A DNA stretch of 63,542 nt, the filler included, from Atractiella rhizophila (lineage: Eukaryota), in NCBI GenBank assembly GCA_021432655.1. It is 7 parts of 5 records of this genome, joined end to end, with 100 filler letters (N's around TTAATTAATTAA, not from the genome) between each part and the next. Parts side by side here need not be neighbours in the genome. Positions count along the whole stretch, not along the records: positions 35,349 to 44,000 come from MU271197.1; positions 44,101 to 58,043 come from MU271197.1; 5 more parts are not named here. One strand, given 5' to 3'. The position numbers and the translations under genes were made by a program. The first letter of the stretch is position 1, and each line of letters starts with the position of its first letter. Shown piece after piece: positions 37,657 through 50,853 of the stretch. The notes below the pieces were generated by a model. That model was not told where the DNA came from. It was given only the letters and a program-made list of their open reading frames with translations, and did no database searches.

Positions 37657-40600
37657 CTAGAGTCTGAGACCCAATCCAATCTCTTTCCCAATTAAGCGCA
37701 AACACTCAATGATGAGCTCCTTGGAACCTAAATTATCCAGACCGCTTCCTCCTCTGTTCCTTTCCGCTTCGAGTGGCCAAGGACGGCCAATCAGGCCAGG
37801 AGTGGTGACATCCTTCGGAAATCCTTTCGGCAAAAATCCATCAGAGACAACCAACTTTTTCGTGAGTCGATATGGCACAACGACTGCTGGCGGAGGAGCA
37901 AGGCTGAGATCCGTTTCGTGCGACTCGAGGATTTCGCAGAAATGTGGATAAAAGTAGTACATGTGCGCGCGAGTGCTTGTTGAGAGATTGGCAGCCACAT
38001 TCAGTTTGAGTCTTTGAGCAAAGGTTTCTAGTGATCATGGTTAATACTTCGGTTATCAAAACAGTGAATGAACTTACCTTTCTCCTTAACTACACCATCA
38101 GAACTATCGTCGGTGGATGCGAATGCCGTAGAGTAGGTCCCCTCTTCCAACTTCAGCGAAAGAAGGCAGCGCAACGTGTAAAGTAGTTCTTCCTCGCGCA
38201 ACCTATCGCAACAGTTAGCTATGAGGCCGTTTGAAGTCGCCAAGTTTAGAAACAAACCGGTTCATTGGCATTCTGCCCTGGAGCGCGACATCCGCAATGT
38301 AAGTCCTGATTGTTAGGGCAGCTCGACTAATGAGGGAAGGTAGGATGAGCGCAGCAGTTCGTCGAGCGAGCAGGTCGATCTCTTCACCTACTGCTCATTA
38401 ATGACTATTTTTGCAAATGATGGAATAAATGGAGACAAACCATCCTTCCGCTTCGCTGAACACATGAAGAAGAGAAGGTCGAAACACCAGTATTCAAAGC
38501 GTTCCCTAGGGCGTGGTGATACGTCACGAGTTGTGCCAAAAATGTCACCCTGGACTTGATGGTAAACATTCCTATCGAAACGACTCTCCTTCCTCGGCTC
38601 CAAATCTTCATCTGAAGAAGCTGAATCGATAGCCGTCATGGGGGACTCAAGGGTGTACAGTCGGCTGCTCTCTTGAAGGCAGTCGCCGAGACGTTGAATA
38701 ACGACTGGAGGCACAAGCGGGTTATGGATGAACGGGAAGACATCCCGCTCTAAAGAAGCAAGAAGACAGAGGTCGAAATTTTCTTCTTCTTGTTGTTGAG
38801 AAAGTGGGAGAGTGGTGACAGCATGACTGATAAAAAATCTGATTTATCAGGCAACGGAGTAAACAATAGGCGCACCAGTCAGCAAGGATCGCTCCTCTGA
38901 AAGACTCAATCAGCTGCCTCCATATCCCTTGAAATGTCTCGGTTGGCACTAGAACAATATGAGTGAACAAGCTACGATGTTCGACGAGCAAGCAATACCG
39001 TTATCAAGTCTTGCTAACGCAGGAAGGGAGACTTTGACAACTTGCAGGAAGCAAATTGTTGCGGTCTTCCACAGAGGAGGGTCATTTCCGAATTTCGAAG
39101 GCGATGGGCAGTCATATTTCAACCGGAGAGGAATTGAGAAAGCCTGTCTAAACATTTCAACGATTAATTGAGAAAAGCTTGACGGCTCACAGAATATAAG
39201 CGCTCCAATGCTCCGTCCTGAAATACGGCCAAGTCACTTCTATGCTGTTCGAACAGGTGTACTACTTTCGGCATAACTTTCTTCGAAAGGCAAACATAGG
39301 ATATGTGCATTGACGAGTTCCTTCCTTCCGCTATCGACGCATCAAATGGGGCAATGTATGCCAGTGACATGTATTCAGCAAGATCCGTTAAGACAGCAGA
39401 TGCAGCTTCCGGGACGGACAAATCGATGTGTTCCACAGACTCCAAAACCGATGATTGAACGGGAGATAGAGAATCTACATCCGGGCGGTAGTCGAGTGAT
39501 CGGGTATGAGTTAAAGTGGCTTTCAGAATGACGAGTAATCGCTTGATTCGGGATAAATCGAAAGAAAATACGACTGAGGACTGGAGAGATTGGATTGACT
39601 GAACAAAGGCTTCCAGCTGAAGCTGTGAATATCGCAATTCATCTCCTTTGTGCGCCGGAACAATCATTTCCCCAATTTCTGCAAGCGCTTCCCAGGCGGT
39701 AGTCCATGCAAGTGCAAGAACATCCTTATCAGCAGCCTCAGAGGGCTGGATTGTAAGAATTTTTCCAAAACCCTTCATTGATGCTGTTGCAACAGGAGAA
39801 CGGTCGGCGATGAAAGATTTTTTTGTCTGAGCGACAAACGAGTCCCATATCGCAGAAAATCTAGAAGAACGGATAAGCTTGCTGAGGAGGAAGTCGTCGA
39901 TCAACTGGCAGATCGAAGTCAAGGCAAGTGTCTTGGAATCGTCCCACTGTTTCGCGACGAGTGGGATGGGTCGACCACCCGCCTGTGCTACCATGGGAAG
40001 TGTAGATGGGACAACCTGGACGGCGACTTCTTCTGTAACCATTGAAACTGCCTCAGTGACCCCATCGAGGAGAGGGAAGATGATGTCAAAGAGGCACTCC
40101 TCCCAACTCTGCTCGTTCAAAGTGCCGCCGTACATGGAAACTGTGCGAAAGAGTGTTTGCATCGCTCCATCTCTAACCTCCTGTCGCGAATCTTGGCACA
40201 TCTGACCTAGTTGATGTAGGAGGAACATCCAAAGACGCTCGTATCCGTGTTTATCGTCGATCGACTTGTTCTTTTCAACTTGAAGGTGGTCGGCAACCTG
40301 CCAAAGGAGACCACCAGCCTATTTGCGATAATGTTAGTTGCGCTGTTACAAGAACGTAAACGCGTACCGTCAGAGCGACATTGACATCGTCTCCTTGTTT
40401 GCCAAAGTCGGACAATGTAGAAACACAGAGCTTAAGTTCGGAGACGGTAAGAACGCCCAGGAACTCGGTACAAATAAGCTGGAGAGAAGGAAAACTTGTT
40501 CTGACCAGGACCGAGCTTTTTGAGGAAGAAGTGCCAGAGGCAGTAGTCGACGACAAGCTAACTGTGGAGAGGGTGCGTCCTCGTATAGGGGGAGCCTCGT

Positions 40601-43600
40601 CATTTTCTGGAATATCCACCTGCTTCTCCTTTTCCCTGTGTTGTCTGAAGGAGTGGGCGGATGGCGGTGGACAAGCCATACTGAGAATGTTGAAAATCTT
40701 TTCCCATCCGGCAATAAACGACTCGCCATTCGTTTCTAAGATGTTGAACATAGTCTCAAGTGCCATTCTTCTAATCTCAAAATCTGTTGAAGTTTGCGAA
40801 AGGTGTGGTGGTTCTGCTTGATCGTGGATGGCTTGAAGGATTTGAGTCTGGATACGACGTCGGAGGTCCTCTGGCGCATTTGCAACATTCTTTGAAGCAG
40901 CAACAAGGATTTTATCTAGCACTTCTCCAGCTTGCAATCGAACATCCGACGATGCCTGAGAATAATGCTGAACTGATAGAAGATGACATGTGGCGATATC
41001 CCATCCCACGTTCGCGTCACGATAAACCATACGATGACCATTGAGCATCGAAACAGACCCTAGTTTCGAAATCGCGAAGGACCTCTCACCCGCTTTCATG
41101 GCCTTTACGGTATTAAGGCCGCTGATCCTTCGTCTCATGGAGGAAGCGCTGGTCAAAGCGGTGGAAGAGAGTTCCTCTGTTGAAGCATCTGTAGGGCTCT
41201 TCGCACCTGTTGACAAGTGGTCCTCAAGATACTGGGACCCGTCCTCATTCATCTGAAACCCTACCATCTCCCCACTCAATCGGCACAAGGCGCCTAGGAA
41301 CCACCGAAACGCAGAGTCGTCCAGATTCCTTGAAGTTTCGAAGAGCCGTGAGATAGAAGCTTGCATTGCTTGTTCTTCGACTTCAGAAGGAGTTGCATTC
41401 TTGATTGCCAGGGAGCCCGATGTTGGAGAAGCGGGCATAGTGGTCGTTTGTCTGGCGGGTACAGAAGAGCCGGTTCCCGTCCTCTTCATTGCTTTCGATC
41501 GTGCGCTGTTTGTTCTGATAACCTGATCGGCATTCTGAAGGGTCTCGAACACAGAAAACCAAGTGTTGTTCAAGCTTCCAGCTAAGTATTGAGCGACCGC
41601 CAACAGGCTTTTGAGAGTCGCAAAATTTCTCTGGCTAAGGCCAATAGGGCCAGCCGGTCCAGGTCCCAATCCTAATGCATCGACGCTGAGGACGCTGGCA
41701 GCTTTCGCAGGGGCGGATTCCAACGATGCAACGTATGACACGATCGCGTGGGGTACAGCGAATCGGCATATCGAAGTAAGGAAAGCATCTCGGGGGGTGA
41801 TGAGGTTCAAGACTCCGCAAACATTGCAAAAGTTTTGCAAGGATTGGAGGACTTCAAAGAAGAGGTGGTCGTCGAGATTCGTCGTCATGAAGAAAGATAG
41901 AGACGCCAGGATGGCTGGCCATCCCGCATTCGCCATGTTCATCACCAGCTTAAGCTCGCGCGTCCTTGGATCTTCGGGTGGCAGGGAATCAAGCTCCAGC
42001 GCTGGTGGTGCTTTATTAGATGTCGATGCTGAAACTTCGCCAGAATCCCCTGACGTTCTTCGGGCACGAGAAGCTATTATGGACGAGTACGTGGGTAACG
42101 CGAATTGTGCGAATCCCTCAGCGATAGACGTAATGCATTGCGTCGCGAGGTAAAAGACGTATGTGTCTGGCATTCCTGGTGCTTCTGCTTTATCGAGTTG
42201 ATCGATGCTATTCCCAGCTTGGTTTCAGTTGTGAGTTAATATTTTGAAGTGAGGAACGGACCATTGAACCTTCACTTGACTGTTTGACATGCTCAATCCA
42301 GGCTTTTCAGCCGCCGTTCCGGTCGTCACAGTCGTCGCTGCAGCAGTGGCTGCCTGGGTTGCAATCTCCATTACACCTCCCAATACATCCACCGCAGCTC
42401 CAGTGACACCACCAATGCTAGAACCGGCGGTACTCGCGGAATGGGCAGGTATTGGTCCATTGGAAGTTCCATACAGAACTTGGGTCCCAGTTCCAAGGAT
42501 GGCAGGACGTTCGGATGCCAACCGATGGAAACTTGTAAGAAGAGATTGAAATATTGGCGCAGGTTTCGCAGGTAAATTTTCTTCGTTGGCATTTAGAGAA
42601 TATCCTTGGGATTCGTCGTAGTCGTAGCGTTCGTAAATTTTCTTCATCAGCTCAAAATCAATACAGAGTGCTCGGAAGATTTCGAGGGTCAAGATCCTCA
42701 GCCAGGCAGGGCTACTCCCTATGCCTCCTCCCTCTGAACTGCCTATAGGATGACCTCCTGAACCGTCGACGGCGTTGTTTTCGCCAGGTTGAATGACACG
42801 GATAAACATCCTGAGGAACATCTCTGCTTCCACTTGGAGCTCTCCGGAAAACTGCTTAAGGAGGATAAATATGACACGCATCAAACGAAGCGTGAGCGCA
42901 AACGTGTAGGACTTGTCAGTTGACGAGGATGGTAGGGACAGCAGGCGAATAAGGAGGGGGCAAAGATGTGATCGGAGAAGGAACAAGAGTTCTCGATGCT
43001 ATCAAAGTACTAAGCTTTGCTTCTGTCAAGATGAACTAACAAGTACCTTCTTGAAAAGACTTCCATAGTTGGTCAAAATGCTTTCCAACAGTTCGAGTCC
43101 AAATGTCTTAGGAAGACTGGACAGTTTGATGAACTCTGCTTCTTCTCCGTCTCCATTAACGAGAGAACACAGGTCAGAGAAGACGAAATAGCCATCTCTG
43201 GCTGCAGGATACAGATCCACGTTTATAAGCTCTTCGGAAGGTGAGGACGGTGGTACCGTCACTGAAAAGCCTGTAGGAAGCGTCGTCGAGTCCACTTATC
43301 TGCCGTGTTAGATCGTGTCGAAAAGCAGCACGAGAAGGATTGCAAACCTCCACCATGTTCAAGGGCAATGTCTTCTTCTACGACGGCATCGAAAACAAAC
43401 ATAGTGAGCTGTCGGAGAGTAGCAGCAGCAGTAGAAGACACAGCTCCAATTTTCGATTCCTGAAGCCTAAAACAAAGCAACAGAGACTTTGCTCGATGGC
43501 CCAGTCTTAATTCATACCATATGTTGTGAAAAGAGCTAACGAACCTCAGCTAGCATTTCTCCGCCAACTCTGCCCCTCCTCCTTCCTCCTGCAGTTACTC

Positions 43601-44000
43601 CACCACCACCAACAAGCAGTACCAGTGTCTGCAATATCTTCAGTTGAATCTCCACACCTTGGCTAACAACGCCAGCAATTCCCTCCAGCAACGTCGGCAA
43701 CAAATCCTTAGGCCACCCTTCTCCACCACCAGAGAGCAAAACCGAACTCAAGAGCTTTTGCACAGCATTGATAGCAACGGTTATAATCTTTGGGCTCTTC
43801 GATTGAAGCCCCAGAAAAAGAGGTTGGAGTATGGCCGGGCAAAGGGGTCCACCATAGCGTAAGTCATTGATACATTGGTCTGGAGCGCTCTTGAGCTGCT
43901 GTAAAGATTTCTCAGCGGCCTCGCGAATGTCCAGGTGCTTGCGTTTAGATTCGTTGGAGAGAGATTGGAGCTCGTTTGTGAATATGGAAAGAGTGGCAGA
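37657..44000 (-). CDS. MON2: Mon2 (Sec7-related Arf-GEF-like endosomal protein), extreme 5' end missing
   Basis: ELQSLSNESKRKHLDIREAAEK, VEIQLKILQTL, VSSTAAATLRQ, KTFGLELLESIL, PRDAFLTSICRF, SLQLICTEFL, QGDDVNVALT, DSRQEVRDGAMQTLFR, C-terminal RAHMYYFYP..CEI. Confidence 0.92.
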
Positions 44001-44100
44001 NNNNNNNNNNNNNNNNNNNNNNNNNNNNNNNNNNNNNNNNNNNNTTAATTAATTAANNNNNNNNNNNNNNNNNNNNNNNNNNNNNNNNNNNNNNNNNNNN
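44001..44100. other. artificial scaffold linker
   Basis: N-TTAATTAATTAA-N, 100 nt. Confidence 0.97.
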
Positions 44101-44670
44101 GTCCCATAATTTCCTATTCGTAGGCTTTTCGGTTCGGGCAAGTCAGGGAACTGAGCTCGTATCTCGTGGGGATAAATGGATTTCTGAATATTTTGAATCC
44201 TGAGTTGGGTTGTTAGAGGGTCGCTGAGTGGCCAATAAGTGGCATCGATGTTCAACCGAAATGGCAGGTCGTTCGTGACATCGCGATAGAAGAATGAATA
44301 AGCCATCGACAGACGATCGTACGTTCCCCAGTCAATCGCAATTTTTGGGAATGGTGTCCCTTTCAAGTCTCTCAGCCTACAGAGGAGGGTCAACACGTAT
44401 AGGCGGCGGCAGTAGGTTTGAAACGACCTACTTGGTTCCAGAGATATAAAATCGGCGCGCAAGGTTCTTCAGACCAAAGTCTGACTCCCAATAACTCTCT
44501 CGGAACCATGCATCGTACTCCACAGTCAACAAATGAGGAGGAGGGACTTCCAAGTGACTGGTTGGAACCAGAATTGTCCAGTATCCTCGATTACCGCCCG
44601 AGAACTCCCGTCGATATTGAGCAGGGTCCTCTCTGATTGCACGTCGCGGTTTCAAGGTGGCCATATCAAA
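44101..44670 (-). CDS. unknown-family protein, partial; paralog of 52502-53624
   Basis: RGYWTILVPT...WF..S.W...GL and FPKIAIDWG...LRLNIDATYWPLSDPLTTQLRIQNI...QFPDLPEP align with the + strand gene at 52.5-53.6 kb. Confidence 0.7.
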
Positions 44671-45590
44671 NNNNNNNNNNNNNNNNNNNNNNNNNNNNNN
44701 NNNNNNNNNNNNNNNNNNNNNNNNNNNNNNNNNNNNNNNNNNNNNNNNNNNNNNNNNNNNNNNNNNNNNNNNNNNNNNNNNNNNNNNNNNNNNNNNNNNN
44801 NNNNNNNNNNNNNNNNNNNNNNNNNNNNNNNNNNNNNNNNNNNNNNNNNNNNNNNNNNNNNNNNNNNNNNNNNNNNNNNNNNNNNNNNNNNNNNNNNNNN
44901 NNNNNNNNNNNNNNNNNNNNNNNNNNNNNNNNNNNNNNNNNNNNNNNNNNNNNNNNNNNNNNNNNNNNNNNNNNNNNNNNNNNNNNNNNNNNNNNNNNNN
45001 NNNNNNNNNNNNNNNNNNNNNNNNNNNNNNNNNNNNNNNNNNNNNNNNNNNNNNNNNNNNNNNNNNNNNNNNNNNNNNNNNNNNNNNNNNNNNNNNNNNN
45101 NNNNNNNNNNNNNNNNNNNNNNNNNNNNNNNNNNNNNNNNNNNNNNNNNNNNNNNNNNNNNNNNNNNNNNNNNNNNNNNNNNNNNNNNNNNNNNNNNNNN
45201 NNNNNNNNNNNNNNNNNNNNNNNNNNNNNNNNNNNNNNNNNNNNNNNNNNNNNNNNNNNNNNNNNNNNNNNNNNNNNNNNNNNNNNNNNNNNNNNNNNNN
45301 NNNNNNNNNNNNNNNNNNNNNNNNNNNNNNNNNNNNNNNNNNNNNNNNNNNNNNNNNNNNNNNNNNNNNNNNNNNNNNNNNNNNNNNNNNNNNNNNNNNN
45401 NNNNNNNNNNNNNNNNNNNNNNNNNNNNNNNNNNNNNNNNNNNNNNNNNNNNNNNNNNNNNNNNNNNNNNNNNNNNNNNNNNNNNNNNNNNNNNNNNNNN
45501 NNNNNNNNNNNNNNNNNNNNNNNNNNNNNNNNNNNNNNNNNNNNNNNNNNNNNNNNNNNNNNNNNNNNNNNNNNNNNNNNNNNNNNNNNN
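44671..45590. other. assembly gap (should contain the CYP51 3' end)
   Basis: Run of N. Confidence 0.99.
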
Positions 45591-47049
45591 AGGACTTCTT
45601 TGATACATGCGTTGAGAAGTGACATTTCGGCAAGTCGCTCGTAATCCAAAGGCTCGAAAGTTCCATCCGGTCTTCCAAAGAGCTTCACTTGCTCCTCGTA
45701 CAACGCCTGTCTAATCTATCGTTCAAGCGAATGAAGGATACTGGGAGGACGTGACTCACTGGATTGCAACGTCGGCACCAAGATGAAGGATGATCCAAGA
45801 GCTCGTCGCAGCGGAGGTGTGTTGTCCTGCCATGAGTAGAGCAATCATCATATGGGCAACTTCTTTGTCGGAGATCGTCCTTCCGTCCTTGTACGTCTGA
45901 CCTTGAAGAGCCGAAATCATATCATCCGTATCCTATACAATTTACATTATTGACAATGTACGTTGGCTAGAGAAACTGGCGTACCTCCCTGCCCTCCTGT
46001 CGTCGCTTCTCCATGATGTTGAGATAAAATTTCCGCATCTTAATATGAGCCTCGTCTCTCTTCTTGTAACTTGGCAACGGCAGATTTGGAAAGACGAAAT
46101 TCTGTGTGACCCTCAATACCTGCATATGTTGTGGAAACAAAAATGGAGACGTACAAGAGGCGTAAATCCACCATCCAAATCCGAATACAAATGCGCAAAA
46201 CTCTCATCCAAGCTCTCCCTTACTTCCTTTCCTTGCAAGGTAGCAGCAGCGGTACAGATGGTGATTTCGCTGGCCATGTGATGCGCGTCCTTCATATTAG
46301 ATCCCTTCCCGAATACCTTGTTCGCGAGGTACGACGTCACCTCCTCCACGATGAGAGGTACGTATCGCTGGAAGTTCTCGGTGGAGAGACCGTATTTGAC
46401 AAACTTCTTCTGCTCCATCAACATGTGATTCGGACAGTCGTACACGACGTCTGTACCGAACACTCTGTCCTCCACCAAAGTCTTTGAGAGAGGGACTATG
46501 AGCGAGCGATGGGAACATACGGAGCTGGTTCTGAAGTCAGTTCTGTTAGATAAGCGTAAAAGGGGAGACAGACTGGTAAGATGGGTATAAGCCATTTCAG
46601 CGTTGACTTGGCTCAGTTTGCCGTTAAAGACGAGATTTGAACCTTGGGTCCCCAGAGCTGCCGTGACCTTGCGTCCAGCCAGAACGCTGCCATGATAAAT
46701 GGAAATTACATCCATCACCTTCTGACAAGAAGCGAGCAATCTCACAAAGTAAACACCGGTCCATACTACAAATTCGCTCTCAACCACACATCCCCAAGGA
46801 ATAGACAGACAATACACGTACTTTTTCTCTGCAATCAAACAAGAACTTATATGGATCGATCCCATAACCGACGGAATTCCCAATAAAAGGGAAAAGCGAG
46901 AAAACCTGAGGAGGAGCCGATTTGTTGGTTATGGGTCGGAGAAGCTGTTTCAGGACATGGACGAAGGATATTAAAGCGAGACCATAGCCGCAGAGGGCGA
47001 GAACGGCGGCTGCTGCGCTGGAAGGAAATGGGATGGAAATGGTGGCCAT
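45591..47049 (-). CDS. ERG11: sterol 14-alpha-demethylase CYP51, 3' end in gap
   Basis: [83 protein letters not shown]. Confidence 0.95.
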
Positions 47050-47958
47050 TGCGACGTTGCTCTGGGGAGAGCGACTGGATTAAGGGCTTTTATAGAGGCT
47101 GAAGGGAAAGTGTGGTTCGTGGAGAGAGAATGGCGAGTTGAAAATGGAGCGATTGGGTGGAACGCCATCGGGTCAATATGTTTTTCTTTTCCGACCGTTT
47201 CCATGAGCATGATTGGCCAGACCAAAGACGAGGTCGCCCAGTGACTGCCTGCAATTAAGAGCACTTAAGAGCTTCAAGAAGCAGCGTTGACGTTGGGTGG
47301 CATTGTCTGGGATGAAAGACACATTAGGTACCTTTTAACGTATCTGTAGGGGCGCTTTTCTCCTTGTCCGCAATTCCCCTGTCAGGGAAAAATGTGTATG
47401 GTTCTGTTGCAACATCAGCAGGTGTAACGTCACTTTTGAGAGCCTTTAGAACACCATCCAAAGTCCAAGAGGTTGGGAACTTTAGTGCTTGTCCTACGAA
47501 TTCATGAAGTACCTTGCAATGTTTTTGTGCTTCACAAAGATGAGAGAAGGAGTGGAGATTTTCGCATTGTTCCCTCTGAGACGCTGACGCGAGTACAACC
47601 TTTTGTGGTGCTGAGGAAATGGACAAGTCACGACTGCAGTAAACGAGATTGGTGTTCGGCCATTCACTCCGATAATTTTACTTCTCTGCTCGTGATATAA
47701 GTGTCCGTCATCCACATCTGAAATGGGGCATGGGCTAAAGAGAACAGAGAACAGGTTCGCAAGCGGAAAGGCCCCAGAGAACCTTAGAGGGCCTTTCACG
47801 AGTCCCAGTTGCATTGTAGAGCATATTGACGTCATTCACACGTTTTGGCTTAAAAACGACGAGGATCTTTGAGGAGCAGTCAACAATTCCAGTGTTCTCC
47901 CGCAGAATCGATCACCTTATAAAGTCATCTCGCAGTTTGCAGTACCCAGTACCTCAGA

Positions 47959-48827
47959 ATGCCAGCAGCAACTGTAAGTTTCCACTTAACAGTTTATACC
48001 ACCGTGCCTGAAAGCGATGACGCAGAAGAAACCATTTCTCCTGTTCGATTGCGATAATACCCTAGGTACATAGATGTTCCTTGTTGACTGATTAGCCAAT
48101 GTGCTGAGATCCATCGTGCTTAGTTCTTTCCGAAGAGCTCGCTTTCGAAGGCTGCGCAGACCTAATCAACCAAATCCTCGATTCAAAATCCATCACTCCA
48201 CCAGGCGGTCCCTACACCGGTCCACAACTCATCAGCGACTTTGTCGGGCAAAATTTTCGGGGTATGCTCAATTCGATGCAATCGCTACACAACTTTCAGC
48301 GCTCGGACGAAGAGATGGAGTCGTACGTCAAGCAAGAGGAGGACGTGGTGATTGCCAAGTTGGAGGCGAAGGCTCAGCCGTGTGTTGGAGTTATGGAGGT
48401 GTTGGAGAAGATCCAGAAATCGGGCAAGTTTGCAGGGTTGGCAGTTGTCTCCTCATCGGCAAAACGAAGGGTCCTCGCTTCCATCAGAAAGACCAAACAG
48501 GACATCTATTTCCCTGAAGCCCACGTCTATTCCGCCGCCTCCTCTCTCCCAAAACCGACTTCTAAGCCTGATCCCGCCATCTACAATTTTGCTTGTAAAG
48601 AGCTAGGCGTAGAGCCAAAGGACGCTATTGCAATTGAGGACAGCAAGTCGGGAACGTTGAGCGCGGTGAGAGCTGGGATTCCGACACTGGGCTATGTGGG
48701 CCCTTATGAGGACAATAAGAAGGAGGAGATGAGAACGACCCTCAGGACTGCTGGGGCGGGAGAGATTTTGGACGAATGGGATTGGGATGCATTTTTGGAC
48801 AAGATCCAGAAGCTGGAGAGAAATTAA
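47959..48827 (+). CDS. HAD-superfamily hydrolase (CbbY/phosphatase-like)
   Basis: LLFDCDNTL motif I, VVSSS motif II, KPDPAIY, IEDSKSG motif IV. Confidence 0.88.
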
Positions 48828-49043
48828 GGATTGAGACTTGTTGAAACAAAACAAATAACCTGTAGAGAATATAGATCCTGTTGTTGGTTGTTAACTTTGT
48901 ATTTGGTGACCTGACTCCAATCCCAGAAATTGTCTGTTTTGTCGTTTTCCGGAACCGGAAGGTGAAGCTGTGCGGCAGGCTCAGCATTCCACGACGACGA
49001 CGACCTTCCCTTTAGCTATCCCCTTACCTCCCCATTACTCGCC

Positions 49044-50694
49044 ATGTCCGTCGTTCTGCAGGTAGCAGACACTGTGCGCGACGCCTTCTACGCAATCTCT
49101 TCCTGCTTCTGTCCCTCCGGTATGTCCTATTCAGCTGCCATTTCCAGCCTGCCTCACAACTTGACCAGACGCTCACCTCAAGCTCAATGGCCGCACTTTC
49201 AAGATTCTAAAGCTACTTGGTGAAGGAGGTTTTTCATACGTGGGTGAAATGTTTTTGAGGAATTGAGGGAGATGTTGAGGACTGTTGTACAGGTTTACTT
49301 GGTGGAAGATACCACTTCCGGCAGACAGTTTGCTCTTAAGAAGGTGAGCAACTTTGTTAAGCATGGACATGAGTAATGGGTTTGACGGACGAGTTAGATA
49401 CGCTGTCCTCTTGGCTCGGACTCCGTAAAATCTGCTATGAAAGAGGTTGAAGCCTACCGACGCTTTCGACATCCAAACATCATCCGCTGCTTGGACAGTT
49501 GCGTTGTCCAAGACAAGGAGAATGGAGAAGGGAAGATCATTTACCTCTTCCTACCGTACTACTCAAAAGGCAACATTCAAAGCTTGATGAACGCCAACTC
49601 CGTACGCTTTCCCTTCCATATATTCCGCTTGAGCTGGAGAGCGAATGAATGGTGTTCAGGTCAATGGTACCAAATTTCCCGAATCTTCCTTGCTTTCTCT
49701 CTTCCTCGGGACGTGCCTAGCAGTTCGAGCTATGCACATGTACGAGCCAGGACCTTCCGCTTCTTACCCTCCTTCCTTCTCCATCTCTCTCGCTGAAGAC
49801 TTGGCGGACAATCCCGGTGCGACATCCACCACTCAACTTGGTCACTTCCCTACAGATATTGGTGGCCCGGATGATGATGACGAGGATGAAGAGGAGACAT
49901 CTGCCCTCACTGAAGAGAATGGACACACCGGAGGAGCCGTGGGAGGATCGACGAAATATCAGGAGGTCATGAGCGGAGATGACGCGAGTAGGAGCACGGT
50001 GAAACTGAGCGAGCTGCCGAGCAAGGCTGTAGGCATGGAGAATGATGCGCAGAATGCTGAGAATGAAGGTGTGGTTGAGGAAGAGGGGAAGCCAAAAATG
50101 CAGCCTTGGGCTCATAGGGATATCAAGTTGGTCTTTCCCCATTCATTGAGCCCTCAATGCTAAGCGGATGGGTGAATAGACCGGCCAACATCATGGTATC
50201 TGACGATGGTCGTACTCCAATCCTCATGGACTTCGGTTCAGCCCTTCCCGCTCGCATTCCCATTCCAAACCGTTCAGTAGCTCTGACACAACAAGATCTC
50301 GCGGCGGAGCACTGTTCCATGCCGTTCCGTGCTCCAGAACTCTTTGACGTCAAGACTGGCGTTCCCCTCGATGAGAAAGTCGACATCTGGTCTTTAGGAG
50401 GAACTCTCTTCGCCATGGCTTATGGATATTCGTACGACCATGCGCCTTCCCTCCGCTATGGCTTGCTAACCGATGTGTCGTAGACCTTTCGAAACACCTC
50501 AACAAGTTGAACATGGTGGCTCGATAGCTATGGCTGTATTGGGAGGCAGTTACAAGTTCCCCCCAGAAGAAACTACGTACTCGCAAGGCTTGAGGGACCT
50601 TATCTCGATGATGCTCGTTCTGGACCCACAAAAGCGTCCAGATATCCATCAGGTAATTGAAGAGACTCAGAAATGCTTGGATCGTTTGCGGTAA
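49044..50694 (+). CDS. ENV7: NAK-family Ser/Thr kinase, Env7/STK16-like
   Basis: N-terminal SSCFC, LGEGGFSYV, FALKKIRC, HRDIKPAN, LMDFGS, EHCSMPFRAPELFDVK, DIWSLG. Confidence 0.9.
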
Positions 50695-50853
50695 TGTATC
50701 TTATCTGCTTGTAATTCTTTCTTATTCGATAATGCATTGCTTGTTGACTGGATCCGTATCATATCAAGTAAACATTATAAGCTTTAGAATATTATTGTGT
50801 GCGCTGGACATGCACATCATTTTGACATCCAGAAACCCAAAAAACAAAATAAT

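Noticed and set aside
47324..47835. Minus-strand ORFs between CYP51 and the HAD gene
   Set aside because: No recognisable motif or convincing start; lies in a divergent promoter region.
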